In this document: positions 36,958-50,445 of the stretch, piece after piece
Layout of the letters: each line of letters begins with the position of its first letter
Numbering within the stretch: the stretch's first letter is position 1
From: Heteronotia binoei
Lineage: Eukaryota
NCBI RefSeq assembly: GCF_032191835.1
Contig: NC_083223.1
Span: 114,080,001 to 114,144,000, forward strand
DNA: 64,000 nucleotides
Reading direction: 5' to 3'
Notes under the pieces: generated by a model
What the model was told of the DNA's origin: nothing
Database searches by the model: none
The model's input: the letters and a program-made list of their open reading frames with translations, nothing else
Made by a program: the position numbers and the translations under genes

Positions 36958-37681
36958 GTTTTATTTATATTCCGCCCTTCCCGCCGGAGCAGGCTCAGGG
37001 TGGCTAACAGGACATGATATATACCATTAAGCTTAGAGATATTACACATTTGCTTCTTTATCCCCTTCCTTTTAGAATGGGCCCATACTGACTTGCACCA
37101 CATTTCAAACTATCCAGACATTTTAAACATCAGAATTAAAAGCGGGAAAACCACCAACACATTCCAAGTGTTCATCTGTTACAGATGACAAGCAAGAGGG
37201 GAAGTGTTTTCTGGAAGCTGAGACACAAGGATAAATACCAATGATACAATCCCAAAGGGATTAGTAAATGGGAAAATCATGTCCTATATTGACCTGCACT
37301 GAACTGGTTTCATTAAAACAACACTTCTTTCTTTTTTATGTATGTATGTATGTATTATTTTCAGTTTATAACCTGCCCTTTCCTGAATGGGCTCTGAGCG
37401 GGTAACAACAGTCAATAATACAAGGTTAAAATCAGACCCATATAATAAAACAATATACAGTCTAAAAACAATATAACAGTCTAAAAACAAACTCCAGCAC
37501 TAAATGTTCTATGATAGCTGACTGTACATTGGGATGATTTGCATCATTTTCCTGTTGCGCACAGTGATGGACACAGAGAGGATCTTCGCACCCTGGTTTA
37601 TACAATCTCACTTCTGGGCCTTCTAAACATTCATGTACAAACATAAAACACATATAACTAAAATGCATAAAATCCAGTTTG

Positions 37682-37800
37682 CAGGGCTTTTTTTGAGCAG
37701 GAATGCACAGGAATCCAGTTCCAGCTGGCTTGGTGTCACAGGGTGTGTGGCCTAATATGTAAATGAGTTCCTGCTGGGCTTTTTCTACAAAAAAGTCCTA
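37682..37800. mobile_element. hAT MITE, same terminal family as 8003-8186
   Basis: Termini CAGGGCTTTTTTTG and CAAAAAAGTCCTA; flanks CCAGTTTG and CCCGTTTC (6/8 match). Confidence 0.7.
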
Positions 37801-38094
37801 CCCGTTTCTATGGACCTGAATCATGTGACTACTATCCCACATATAGTCCAGAAGCTGATAATACAATTTGGGATTGTACTGGGATTTGGATTTGAAGCAA
37901 TTCACATGTTATATCTAGGTGCTGAACTGGCAGTTCTACAATCTTGCTCTCACCACATGGAGGGAGAAAATCAACTGAACAGCCCACTTATGTTTCAAAG
38001 AATTCTGCCCCCTTTTTTTCATGAACTTTGTTTTCATTCTTATCAGTAAACAAACTGTTTCTGAGATTTTGACATTTTCTATAGATGTACTTAC

Positions 38095-38192
38095 CCGTCC
38101 GACCTCAACTAAATTTGTAACCATAACAATGCAAGCTGATTGCTCCTGCCATATCATTCGCCAGAAATCATATACTGTTTCATGGACTGGGC
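38095..38192 (-). CDS. PTPRK: PTPRK D1 exon ((G)[32 protein letters not shown])
   Basis: 98 nt; CAG acceptor; GTAAGT donor; phase 1 to 0. Confidence 0.95.
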
Positions 38193-39164
38193 CTGGAACA
38201 CATAACATTCTGAAATAAATGTCAGGTAGATTCAGATCTGCTGATCTGCAAAATATCTTTCAGTTATTTTTTAGTTAGCAAGGACTCCAGTAATTCTTAT
38301 AAATTTGCTGCACTCTAGCAACATAGACTCACCAAAATAGCTTATTATCACTAGCTTATTAAGTTATAAATTAAGACAAGAACCAAAATAGCATATTATC
38401 ACTAGCTTATTAAGTTATAAATAAAGACAAAAACATTAGACTCTTCAAGGTATCCAGTATCAGGATGAACCAGTAAGGGATAGGCACAAACTGGAAAAAT
38501 TGAAGTTCATTTCAGTTCATAGCTTTTAGGGCCACATGAATGGTTCATTTTGTAAGGTTTGTGATGCAGTAGAACAGCTCCCCTTGTGGGCTAGAGATGC
38601 CTAACTTGCAGTGAGTCTCCATCTGACTTTCCTCTATGTGCCCTCCAAGTTTGATGTGGATTGGATTTAGGAGGGCTGAGTTACAGCCCCCAAAAGCAGT
38701 TACCCACCAGGAAATTGCTGGTCACAAGCCCAAATGAAGAGGGTTCTCAGCTGAGGAATCAGTATGACCATAAGGACAGGTTCCTCAGAGCCCTAAGCAC
38801 CAAACATATCAACCCCACTGCACACACTTAGGAATTACTTCCAGTTCCCTTCTCTTTCTGCCTCTGACTTTCACATGGCATGCCTACTGCTGATGCAAAA
38901 AAAAAAAAAAAAAGATGCATGTGAGTTGGGGGTATATAATGTGAACAGAATATATAATAGAACAGACTGTGGCTCTCCTATAGATGGCCAGCACTACTTG
39001 TCAAGCTTTGGAGTGATTGGGGTTTCTAGGGCTGCAGAAGTTCATCCCCCTGTTGCTTTGATGATTGTAACTGATCTGTGCTAACATGTCTGCCATGGAT
39101 GCCACTGACACACACCACCATGAACTGTCTGAATCTACAAAAACCACATGGAAGGTTGTGGGAA

Positions 39165-39876
39165 CAGCCCCATAGCCAGGATTTGGAAAGCTGGAGGGTC
39201 TTTATTTTTTTTTGGGGGGGTGGCACTCAGTGGCCTTCCCTCTTTGCCCCAGGGTTTTCCCTCTTTCCCACAACTGCCACAGGGCCTTCCCTTCCCACCC
39301 CCTCTCCCTGTCACTCTTGTGGCTGCCCCAAGATCAGCTGGTGCAACCTTGCCTTCCCTTTCCTTCAGAGCCTCCAACCTGCCATTGCACCCACTGGTGC
39401 CCTGCACAACCTTCCCTTCCCTTTACTGTCACCCTCCCTTCCCAGCCACTCACATCGTACATAGGAGGGGCAGCATGCAATTTAAAGGGCTAGCTGATTG
39501 GTGGGCCCTTTTATTTATTTACCGTGGATTTATACGTTGCCCATTCCGCAAGCGGACTCTGGGCAGCTAAGAGTCATGATAAAAAACAATTTGAGTCACA
39601 GTTTTAAAATGATAAAAACATGCACAAATAATTTAAAAACTAGATATTTGGTGCTATGGAAAAATGTTGCAGGAAATGGCACAGGACGCTGGCAGCTGCT
39701 TCTGCCACCCCTCCAACATGTGATTTGTGTGGCAGGGAAAGCAGGGAGGGTAGGCAAGGCAAAGTCCCATGTGGTGCTGGTGGCATGACTGCAGGCCAAG
39801 ACCCTGACTCACCACCCCGGGCCTGCCAGAAGTTGAGGGCAATGCTCCCACAGGTCCCCTCATAGCTACAGGGCTG
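39165..39876. mobile_element. Probable non-autonomous hAT element, GC-rich, with a nested L2 tail
   Basis: Termini CAGCCCCATAG and CTACAGGGCTG; flanks TGTGGGAA and TGTTGGAG (6/8 match). Confidence 0.5.
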
Positions 39877-40509
39877 TGTTGGAGGTTCGTTGCAGGTGAG
39901 ATCACATGGACCTCGGCTCATGAATGACACAATTTTCATTGTAAATTTAGGTCAATTGGTCAATTCATTGGTCAATTTGTGCACATTTCTAGAACCAATA
40001 TTTAAGAACTAAATTTTTCTGGCTGAATCATTAGTATATTAAAATTCATCATGGCTATGAATACTGCAAAACCTGTTTTGGACATCCTTCACCTCACTAT
40101 TTATTGCAGGAAATCTGCAAACTGCAACATAACCACAATGTCTGTCCCCCATTAAAATTTAAATGTTAAAAACACTGTTGATAGATTGTTGTTTAGGTTC
40201 AAACCCTCAACTGTTTATTTGTAACTACAATTTATTATAGTTGAAGCTTGCAGCTGTAAAAAGCAAAAATATGACATCGATTTAAAGATACAAATTAACA
40301 AAAGTAAATGATACATATCTTGAACCTCTGGTGACATCAGGCTTGATTGAACTATTAGTTTCAAGATTTTCTTACTACAGAATCTGTTCCATTGAATGAG
40401 CGAAGAATTTTAGTACATGTATCTCTTTAGCTTTTGTCACCTTTGACTTTTTGGGGGCAAGAATTTGTGCCATAATACTCCACTGCTTTCTCTATAAATG
40501 TGTGTGTGT

Positions 40510-40705
40510 AAAGTACTGTTCAGGTCTGCAACCAACTTATGACAACCCCATAGGATAATCAAGGAAAGAGATGTTCAGAGGTGGTTTGCTACCGCCTGCC
40601 TGGTATTCCTTGGTGGGCTCCCACCCAACTATTAGTCCGGGTTGACTCTGTTTAGCTTCTGAGATGTGATGAGATCAGGCTAGTCTAGGCTATCCAGGTC
40701 AGGGC
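40510..40705 (-). mobile_element. 5S rRNA-derived SINE
   Basis: Minus-strand head GCCCTGACCTGGATAGCC...CTGATCTCATCACATCTCAGAAGCTAAAC resembles the 5' part of 5S rRNA, followed by a Sauria-like body. Confidence 0.65.
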
Positions 40706-40909
40706 CTATAAGTGATAGCCTCAATTATATTCTATATTATATGTGGTCTCAAAATAATATCAAAAAACTTACTTTTTCCAATCTAAATAGCTTTATTTAT
40801 AGTCTTTTTTGCTGAGACTCAAGGAGGATTACAGGATAAAGCAGTGCAATCGGACAGTATAAAACAACCAAATGAACAGTGAAAGTAAAGTAGGAATTAC
40901 ATTTAGCAT

Positions 40910-41065
40910 NNNNNNNNNNNNNNNNNNNNNNNNNNNNNNNNNNNNNNNNNNNNNNNNNNNNNNNNNNNNNNNNNNNNNNNNNNNNNNNNNNNNNNNNNNN
41001 NNNNNNNNNNNNNNNNNNNNNNNNNNNNNNNNNNNNNNNNNNNNNNNNNNNNNNNNNNNNNNNNN
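40910..41065. other. Assembly gap (156 N)
   Basis: Run of N. Confidence 1.
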
Positions 41066-41554
41066 TTCTTTTAGAAAAGTGTGGGGGGGGGGACTGGAAA
41101 CTAAGAGAGTATATTGTCCCAGTCCAGATCTCCCACATTCATTGTAACACTTACATAGAATATGTAGAGCATTGCTATCTCAAGAAACTACACTGCATAG
41201 GCAATGCACTGCACATATTATTTTTTCCTACACATATAAGGCTTATTCTCAAATAGGGAAACCCTTCCAGGTAGGGTAGCTGTATGGCATGGTTAGAGTA
41301 CAATCATATCTACTAAAATTTGGTCAGATATGCACCAACTGAACATCCTATATAAAACAGCTGCAGCAAAAATGAAAAAAACAGCAACACTAACAAACAC
41401 TGACTGTACCACAGAGTTTACCTTTCTAAGTCCCAGGCATAATAGTTAGATATTAAATTGTGAATTATGCACAATATTCTTCTCCTATATGGAGAGAACA
41501 ATTGCTATTGCACTATTTATTAACTATGTTATACTATAGTCTGGAAACTCTTAC

Positions 41555-41591
41555 CTTGGGTTGCAATATAGTGACTTGGCCTCTGGTACCC
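41555..41591 (-). CDS. PTPRK: PTPRK D1 exon (GYQRPSHYIATQ(G))
   Basis: 37 nt; CAG acceptor; GTAAGA donor; phase 0 to 1. Confidence 0.93.
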
Positions 41592-43796
41592 CTGAAACAA
41601 ACAAACAAGAATAAACTGATTTCCACAGTGGACCATCAATTTGATTAAAAAGTAGAATTGAATACAAACTCAGCAAAATTTATCAGTAGGAGCCTTTTAA
41701 AAATATGCTAGTGATAGCTGTAAAGGATAATTAGTCATCTGTATTCAGTTGCCTGTTACAGTTTCAATCAGATGTTCTATTCCCAACCCTTTGTGCTTGG
41801 AATTTAGTCCTTTAAAATTCAATAGATCTTATTCCAGAAAATATGTTTGGGATTGGGATGAAAATTCTGTGACCTAACATAATGGTTACTTTAAGGACCA
41901 TCAAAAGATCAATTTCTAATAAAATGTATGCAAAATCCACAACGAACAACATTTAACATAACTTTGTGCAAGGAGCTAGTTTAGTGAAACTATAATTTTG
42001 CCTTCCGTTTTCATAAATCAAATAGCTATGTTTGTAATTTAACAAACTGTGAAACAATTGGACTTCTTCAGCAAAAGCTAACTTTCACTATGAATGCATA
42101 ATAAAATATTAAAGCCATAAATAAAAGCAGAGCAGCTGAATGTTAGAGCTGGACAATGTGTACATGTGTGTAGATTCAAAATCTAGGTGCTATGCAATTA
42201 CATAAAATAGATTCCAGAACACAGATGGTAAATATGTATCTATATAGCACTTAGTGTAAAGACATGTATATACACGCACACACACACACATATATATATA
42301 TGTGCTATTGAACTTTCCTTGCAATACTATTTTGAAATACATGAAAGGACTCCATTGCTCTAAATACTTCTGAACACTAATAACTTCATTTTAATTGAAT
42401 CCAGATTACAACAAACTAACTGGATCCCATGTGAAATTAGTTTGTTATATAAATAACCTATTTTTTTGCTTGCAATATGTTACAAGATTGAAAAATATAA
42501 CATAATTTAGTTGTGCTAGTTTGTATCTCCCTTTGTGCACAACTATGAGATACCACCTTCATAAACAGGCCTAAAGCTATAATAAACTACTGTTCTTATG
42601 ATTTTTACCTTTATAGATCAACTCAATTCTTAAAGTACCTCTGGAAGAAACAGGGTTTCGTTTGTTCCTTTCTCTTACAAATCAAATTTTACTTTATTAA
42701 CTGACTTTGGAAATAATTATCATAACAATAAGCACCCTGATGAATGTCACAGTAACCTATTTTTCGAAAAACAGCAAAATCAATTTTTGGGCCTTGTTAG
42801 AGAATAATACAAAAATATTATCTAAAATTTAGTGGTTTATTACATGCAGCTTAGTTTAGTTTTCAAGAAATTTTGTATGAAATCATCTTGTCAAAATGTT
42901 CATTGAGTCTGTGTTATATGTTAAGGGGCATCATTGTGTATATGTAATAGAAACTTCATAAAATAGACCTGCCTGAAAAATTATTATACAAGCCTAGAGG
43001 CGTAAGGGTACTGACCAGTATACTTCCACAGGCTAAAATCAGTCATTAAAAAGTATGTCCTTTGACTAGATATTGTATCAAAGCATAACACATTTATAGG
43101 CCTAATTCATGTTATACTCTGATCCCGTCTTTTCATCACAGTTTCAGAAAAATCATTTTCACCCGATTCCTTTTATATACAAATTTCCTTTAGTTAACAT
43201 CTGAAAATATTCCATTAAATCAAAAGTAGAGATCGGGAAGCTTGTATTATGTATCTCAATATATATGTTTGTGTATATACCACAAAATGTTCAATAGAAA
43301 TTTCAACAATAAATATGAAGGCAAATTTTTCAGCATATTTAGCAAGATCATATGGGTTTATTCCTTTAAAAAAAGGAGCCAAAATTATCCCATAATCCTT
43401 CCAATATCATAAGCAGGACATTCTGTTTCAAGAATAACACTATACATCATACTATCCAGCTTCTCACATGAAAATGGAATGCAAAATAAAAGCTACTAAC
43501 CAAAGCAACCAAAATAATAATCAAGCAAAATGGAATTTTTCTTAGAAAGACAAATTTAGTTTGTTTAGCTAATGGTTTTTATGACTACACTAAAGAACGA
43601 AGCTATCTTTAAAAAAAGTTACAAACATAAAGTATTAGCACAAAGGAACATTAAAAAGACCAGATATATAAATGAGATTAAATGAGGCATGCACATATAT
43701 CTAGTAACCAAAATTAGAAGAGAAATGCAACGCAGAATGTTTGCTATATTAAATAGTCATAACAGGATGCTGTTATTCACATATAGTGGTACTTAC

Positions 43797-43814
43797 ATCC
43801 CTGTACAGCCAAAT
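43797..43814 (-). CDS. PTPRK: PTPRK alternative 18-nt microexon (IWLYRD)
   Basis: tag|ATTTGGCTGTACAGGGAT|gtaagt; phase 0-0, between YINANYID and GYQRP; matches the known PTPRK D1 insert as recalled. Confidence 0.88.
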
Positions 43815-44011
43815 CTACAGCCCAAATCAAAGTCAGATGTGAAAGAAAGCACAACAATGTCAGTGAGTACTAGGACGGAGAACAAGGAAAGTGTACATTT
43901 TGTTCTTAATTAAAAAAAAACTTGTTCAAATTTGTAGGCATTACATGCAAAAAACGGTTTCACAGAGAGAAGCTGGAAAGAAAGGAAAGCTGGCTATATA
44001 AATCTACTTAC

Positions 44012-44088
44012 ATCAATATAATTAGCATTAATGTAGTCTGAAGAAGGATCATCCTCAACAGGTTGCAGTATCACCCTGGAGTGGTCAT
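44012..44088 (-). CDS. PTPRK: PTPRK D1 exon ((Y)DHSRVILQPVEDDPSSDYINANYID)
   Basis: 77 nt; CAG acceptor; GTAAGT donor. Confidence 0.95.
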
Positions 44089-47000
44089 CTGTAAACACAA
44101 TGGCTCAGGTCAAATTCACCTCTAAAACAAATATGTAGTATGACACAGATGAGGATACATTGAAATGCTAGGTTACAAGGAACAAATCTAGCAGCCACTC
44201 ATCACTGTGTCTGTAGAGTGGCTAATCACTATGTGGGTTGTAAGTACCTCAATGGGGCCTGACACCCAGAGACAAGGGCCTGAATCCAGCGATTAGCAAG
44301 CAAATTCTGTGTTCACATGACAACACAAAAATTCTGCTTAGAGAAATTCTGTGTTCACAAGATCCAGTGCAATATCTAGTATGTTCTTCCCTATGTTTTA
44401 TGGAGCCCAGAAATTAGCTGAATAAGATCTTGCACAAGCAGAAACACAAGAGGAGACAGAGTAAATGTGGCTTAGCACAAACTGCTGCCATGGTATTTTT
44501 CTTGCACTTATGTTTTGCAAAAGCTCTAGCACAGTTGGAAATGTTGTGCCTTAATCTGCTCAGGGAATTTATCAGGTATACAGGAAAATGTGACTTTGCA
44601 AATTAACTCACTCAAAGGAAAGAATCCTGAACAAAGTCTGAAGAGAACAGAACAGAACATTGACAGCACCAAATATCACTGCAGGGGAAAGGTAGGAGGG
44701 AAATCAGACTGTCCCTGAGAGCTCAGAGAAGGGAGAGAGATTTGATGTATGGAATAGGATTTGAACTATTGTCCCTCTCTGGTTCCTCATATCCCCTCCA
44801 GATTTTACCCTCCAACAGTAAAGTGGCTGTCACCATTCTGATCATGAAAGCAGTGGGGCCAGTCGTCAAGTTAATGCATAACTTTTGGAAGCCTGGAGAG
44901 CCCCAACTTTGCAGCAAAAATATTAACTTCCCTAAGCCCTATATAGATGGAAAATACCAAAGGGGGGGCATTAAAGAACTCTATGTACACAGCTTGAGGG
45001 GAAAATAAAGGTATCAGTCTTCTGTGAAGGCTTCAAATGTGTAGCACTATACTATTTGGATCTTACATGAAGAAAGATCAAACAACCTTGTTTCTGCTGA
45101 CAAGGTGCATGGAGAAATCTTGGCAGTACTGGCTCTGCTGCCATCCAAGACCTAGAGGGACATCATGTTGGGTTTTAGAAGCACTGTGGCAGCTGCTTTT
45201 CCTTCCCCTCTACCTCCCACAGGCCTACGAGGGAGGAGAAGCTGTGGATAGCAGGCATGATGACTGAGTCATATTAAATAGACAGTGGTGAGAGGGAGTT
45301 ACACCATTTCTTCTTCAGAGACTTTCAAATCTCTTTCCAACCCTTCCCTTAGCCTTCTCCAAATCCTATATTTTTTTCTCTTCCTAAAACTCTCCTTTTC
45401 TTTCACAAATTCCCTCTTCTAAAAATACAATTTTACAACAACAATTTTTAGGCCTACATTGCCAGTTGGAGAGGGCATGATGTTAAATAGGCCATAGCCA
45501 CGATGTACACATCTACAGTTTTTAGGTTTTTAAACTTCTACCCCCTCTACCTTTGATTTCTTACAGTTCTCCTCAAATTCAAAAGATTAAGCAATTAAAC
45601 AAACTTATTTAATCTACGAAGAGAGCAATGCTACATTAACTAAAGCTCAACATATTTCAGGACTAGATTAGGAGCATCCACAGATACTGGAATGTGCATC
45701 TCTTAGTAACAGAGAATGAGAAGTAGGAATATGTCCTCTCCAACAAAGCAGTGCACACTATGGTTCAGTCCTTTAGAAGGGTTTATATCAACGTGCTGCA
45801 TAATGGTAACTTCAAACAGAACAACAAAGAACAACCTCTTGCCATGGTTAGCTGTCTGTCTAAAACAACCCACAATATGTTAACTCTTCTTTTAATTACC
45901 ACTAGGGACGGACATGAAACAGCTGACGAACTAAAGCTTATCATGAATTTTGGCTGGTTTGTGGTTTGCAAAGCAGTGTTTGCAAACTGAAAAACTGCCA
46001 TGAATGTCCACAAATTTTGGTGCAGTTCATGAACTACAGAAAATTTCTGCTCATCTTGAGAAACAGCTCTGAGCCATTTAAACCAAAAAAGCCATGGGGA
46101 GCAGAAAGCAGGTGTTTAGATGGTTCACCAAATGGATTAGATGGTTCACAAAATACAAACTGGTTTGGTTTGCTGAACCACTAACCACACCAAACTGCAA
46201 AAATGCAGTTCATACCTATCCCCAATTGCCACAATTAGGTGAACTGGCAGCAATCAGACGATAGTACGCTTCTGTATGCAGCAGGTCACTCCAATCCAAC
46301 ACCTTGTGTGATGCAGTTCGTTTTTTCATTGGAATGACTGCTTCTCCACTTAACTATGAAAGTGATCTTTCGAAGCCTCCATCACTTTCAAAGTGCAGAT
46401 GAGCATCTGACTTTGATGAGTTAAGAATCTGGCCCACAAAAATGTCTAGCTCATGAAAGAAACAATAAGAACATTTGAAACTTTATTATTTGATGCATTT
46501 TCATACGATGACAGCTCACTCCAAAGCTGTCAGCTGTTTTCCCAATGGTGCCATGATTGCAGGTTCTATAATTGTTGAAAAATTGTAATCAAATTTTGTT
46601 TGTGCTTTGATCTTACCTATTAAAATGTTACTCATGAGATTAGCAGGATTCTTAGATTCTAATCATTGCTGTGCATTACTACTAGCCAGCTAAAAATTGG
46701 GCACAAGGTAGGGATATGACATTAAAAGGTTAATTTAAAATTTAAAAGGAAAAAAACCACAGAGAACATAGTGTAAGGTCTAATGGACTTGTGAATGGGT
46801 CACAGCAGGAATAAACAGAAATCCTAATCTTCCCCCTTGACTGAACTCTTGTACAAATGAAAAAGCTTGCACAACTGATTTCTGTTAGTTTCCCCGTTTT
46901 TTTGCTGCAACCCCTTGAACCATGTCACACTTGGCTGAGTACTTTTGAGAGGCTTCAGGGAATTGTAGGGGGAAGGAAAAGAGACTTGTTCTCTGAATAT

Positions 47001-47305
47001 GCATTAGTTACCATTCATGGCCTCAAATAACTTTACCTAACATGTAGTAGGAACTTTCAGAGAGCATTCCTTGGATGATATCAGATGCTACACTGGGCAA
47101 AATTAACACAAGGAAAATAACAAAACCTGGACACTTTGCACTGGTGAAATGGATCAAGTAGCAAATTTATACGCAATATTATTTACATACATTATAGATA
47201 GACAGACAGATAAACACACATTATACATAAACATTATATATGTGTATTTTCACCTACAATGCAATATTTGTCAATGTGATTAAATATCTACTATTATAGA
47301 CTTAC

Positions 47306-47393
47306 ATGCTATAATATTTCCATATCTATTCTTTGTTCTGTTTTGATCCTTTTTTGCCACATCCCAAGAAGCTGACTGCCCTTCAAAGAAACT
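47306..47393 (-). CDS. PTPRK: PTPRK D1 exon ([29 protein letters not shown](Y))
   Basis: 88 nt; AAG acceptor; GTAAGT donor; contains the KNRY motif. Confidence 0.95.
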
Positions 47394-48117
47394 CTTTTTA
47401 AAGAGAAAGAAACAGACATCATTTAAGCAATATTCCTTTTTAAATTCTTATTTTTCCAGAAAATTACAAATAAAGTAAGACTATAAAATTAAAAACAGTA
47501 AAAGTGTGAATAAAATACTCCTGTGGAGACATTATTTGCATTATACTGCTAAAAACAAACTTGGCATTTCTTTTAAAAATGATACAAGATAGGTAGGTTC
47601 CCATTAATGGCCAAAAGTGAGTTGTTGCCAAAACAGTATTTTCTGAGTGAGCTATCACATAGTAAAAATATTCTACAGAACAACCGGTGGGGCATCCCAT
47701 GAACTGAGAGTAAAAATAACTGTTTGTATTTATTGCCAAGGGACATTGTCTTATTTCACCTTACTGATCATTAATGAACACTAACATAAAATATAAATAA
47801 TAACAGTAATTATTCTTGTGAGCTGCTTCTGTCAAGGATATCCACTGAACAAGAATAATTCAGTTGTGTACAACTGAAGAGAAGGAATCACAGGCCATGT
47901 ATCTGAATTTGAAATAAGGATTTAACAAGAGACTTTACACATTTTTCTTGTATGGCAACAGATACAAAATTAGATGAAATATAAGAAAATTAGATGATTT
48001 TCACCACAAATTCAATTCCTTGGTTATCCATAGTCATAGTTAATACTTAACTTCATAGGGCCAAGTGTACAGTTGGCTCCATGGATGGTAGAAAAGGGGA
48101 ATTCAAGCTCCTGAGGA

Positions 48118-48724
48118 CAGGACTGGCCCGTGGGTCTCTGGCACCCTAGGCAGGTACCCCCACATCGCCCCCCCGCCTCCTCCTTCCCTCCACTTCCTTT
48201 CCCATTTGCCCCCTGCCGCCCCAGGCAAGCATTTAGTTTTCCTTCCTCCCCCCACCACACTGCTGCTGCTGCAGCCACTATCCCCCTCCAGCCCGCCGCT
48301 ACCCCTCTGGCCCGCTGCCCCCCACACCCTCTGGCTGTTTGCCAAGCTCTACTCACTCTCCCTCCCTCCCACACCGCTAGCCAAACTAAGGCCTGTTGGC
48401 TACTCACTGCCCGCGCCTGTGCATTTTGACTCAACAAAATGCGCAGGTGCGGGCTGTGAGTAGCCGACAGGCCTTAGTTTGGTGAGCAGTGCAGGAGGGA
48501 GAACGAGTAGAGCTCGGTCACCGGCCAGAGGGTGTGAGGGGCGGCAGGAGCAGGCTAGAGGGGTGGCAGCGGGCTGGAGGGGGATAGTGGTGCAGCAGCA
48601 TGGGGGGGGGGAGGAAGGCAAGCTAAGTGCTTGCCTGGGGCACCAGGGGAGCCCCATTTGCCGCCCTTTGCCTCCCGGCACTCTAGGCAACCGCCTAGTT
48701 TGCCTAGCAGCAGGGCCAGCCCTG
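48118..48724. mobile_element. Non-autonomous hAT element with an internal ~200-bp-arm palindrome
   Basis: TIRs CAGGACTGGCCC and GGGCCAGCCCTG; perfect 8-bp TSD CCTGAGGA at 48110-48117 and 48725-48732; hairpin centre near 48430. Confidence 0.9.
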
Positions 48725-49026
48725 CCTGAGGATGTCTCCTTGGATGCTAATTGCAGTTTTCAGGCAGGCTGTGCTATAGTCTGCACTGCCCTCCTCTGAT
48801 TTTTTTGTCCTTTGTAATGCAGCCTGAAGCAATGGGACTCACTGGTTCACTTTGAGTTTATTTCATTAACTAATGTCTTATTGAGAAGTGATCCTTTTAA
48901 AAAATTAATCCCATTAAACATTCATTTCAATCTTCTTGTAATTAAGAACCCTCAATGCAAACAAGAATCTCAAAGGGCCTCTCTGTCTTCAGTCACTTTA
49001 AAAAAAGGAAGTACTGACATTTTTAC

Positions 49027-49214
49027 CTCATATTCTTCTTTAAAACCATAGCTGTCAGATGTTTTCATGAGGTTAATATGCTGCAGCAAATCAGCCACTC
49101 TGATAGCAGGATGCAGTTGGCCTGTCTGGTAAGGGGACTCCGTTCCTTCACAGAGGTACCGAGGCACATCTAACAGGCGACTTGACTCTGCTGTCGCAGC
49201 ACTGTGGTTCTCAT
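49027..49214 (-). CDS. PTPRK: PTPRK juxtamembrane/wedge exon ((D)ENHSAATAESSRLLDVPRYLCEGTESPYQTGQLHPAIRVADLLQHINLMKTSDSYGFKEEYE)
   Basis: 188 nt; CAG acceptor; GTAAAA donor; phase 1 to 0; sequence diagnostic for PTPRK among R2B phosphatases. Confidence 0.95.
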
Positions 49215-49379
49215 CTGTGGTTGTAAGATCCCAGAGAATACAGTAAAGTTCAATAATAGTGAAACTTAAAATATATGAGCTACAATCTGGTTTTAAATTA
49301 GCTCACTGCAGAACTTTCCAAAGGTTTGGGTGCTATCATTTCACATTTAACAAAAAACATGTAGGCAACAATTGTATTT

Positions 49380-49415
<36 letters not shown>

Positions 49416-50265
49416 TTTTTTTAAAAAAATACTGCTCTTTACAAACACTTTGCCAGAAGACTCAAGTTTATTCATCTTCAGAACACAGTTAAAACCGCCT
49501 GATTCTCAATTTGAGCTGGCCTCCTTAGTCAACACGAGTAACCTGAAAAAGCTCACTGTCCAACACATTTTGAACACAGCTTGACTGGATCTGCTGGTTG
49601 TATTGTGTTATTACAATCTCCACAGGATCCACTATTTTTTATGATTATGTAATAGCTTTCCATTAATTGTGGCTTTGGAGTCAACTGCTTCAGGGTTTTT
49701 GAAGTATTGTACAGATTCACTTATCTATCTACGCATGACCATAAAATGCTTCCAGCAAAGTTCTAAATGTTTGTTTGGACCTAGGTACACTTTATACATT
49801 ACAACTGTCAAAACAATGGATGCACCTTTGGAGATATCTGGTGGAAATTTCTTGAGCAATTTCTGGCAATGATTGCATATAAACAGCTCACCCTGAGTGG
49901 CCATGTGGAACAATTTAAACATGCCTCCACATGGGATGACTGTAAGATGATAATATGCAAAACACTACAAGTGCATATTCTGTTCTTAGAGTCATGTTCC
50001 ATAATTAATAGTGAAGGATTTTAAAGGTATTAGACAACCATCATAACTGTCATGCCCTGAATGTGCACTTCCAGAGCCATCTCAGTGTCCACATAAAAGT
50101 TGCATATAATTTATTAGCCTGAAAAAGCAAAATGTTAACCAAAAATTAATGAGACTGTAATAATACAGTTGTACACAATACAGTATGACCAAAGCTACTC
50201 CATATTAGCATCACAGATTCCACTGAAGTACCTTTTTTCCACCATTCAAGCACCACAATGGTGCC

Positions 50266-50445
50266 ATCAAGTTGCAGGTGACTTATGATAACCCCATAGG
50301 GCTTTCAAGGCAAGAGATGAATAGACGTGGTTTGCCATTGCCTGCCTTTGTAGCAGCTCTGGACTTCCTTAATGGTCTTCCATCCAAATACTAACTATGT
50401 CAGACCCTGCTTAGCTTCTGAGATCTGACAAGATCAGGCTAGCCT
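50266..50445 (-). mobile_element. 5S rRNA-derived SINE (second copy)
   Basis: Minus strand AGGCTAGCCTGATCTTGTCAGATCTCAGAAGCTAAGCAGGGTC...TTAGTATTTGGATGG; same family as 40510-40705. Confidence 0.65.

Noticed and set aside
37462-37668. ORF with an apparent AG acceptor between two D1 exons (possible poison exon)
   Set aside because: Continuous with an L2-type tail at ~37350, lacks a pyrimidine tract and a clear donor; best read as a LINE 3' UTR remnant.
40910-41065. Whether the two 156-N gaps hide PTPRK exons
   Set aside because: Exon phases and protein sequence are continuous across the first gap. The second (54776-54931) lies upstream of the first exon found, so nothing can be inferred.
48024-48799. 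Cluster of GC-rich ORFs on both strands (also 39026-39939)
   Set aside because: They fall inside GC-rich non-autonomous hAT elements; low-complexity translations.
50380-50445. 5S rRNA-like sequence (also 40640-40705)
   Set aside because: Partial, diverged and fused to a SINE body; not a 5S gene.
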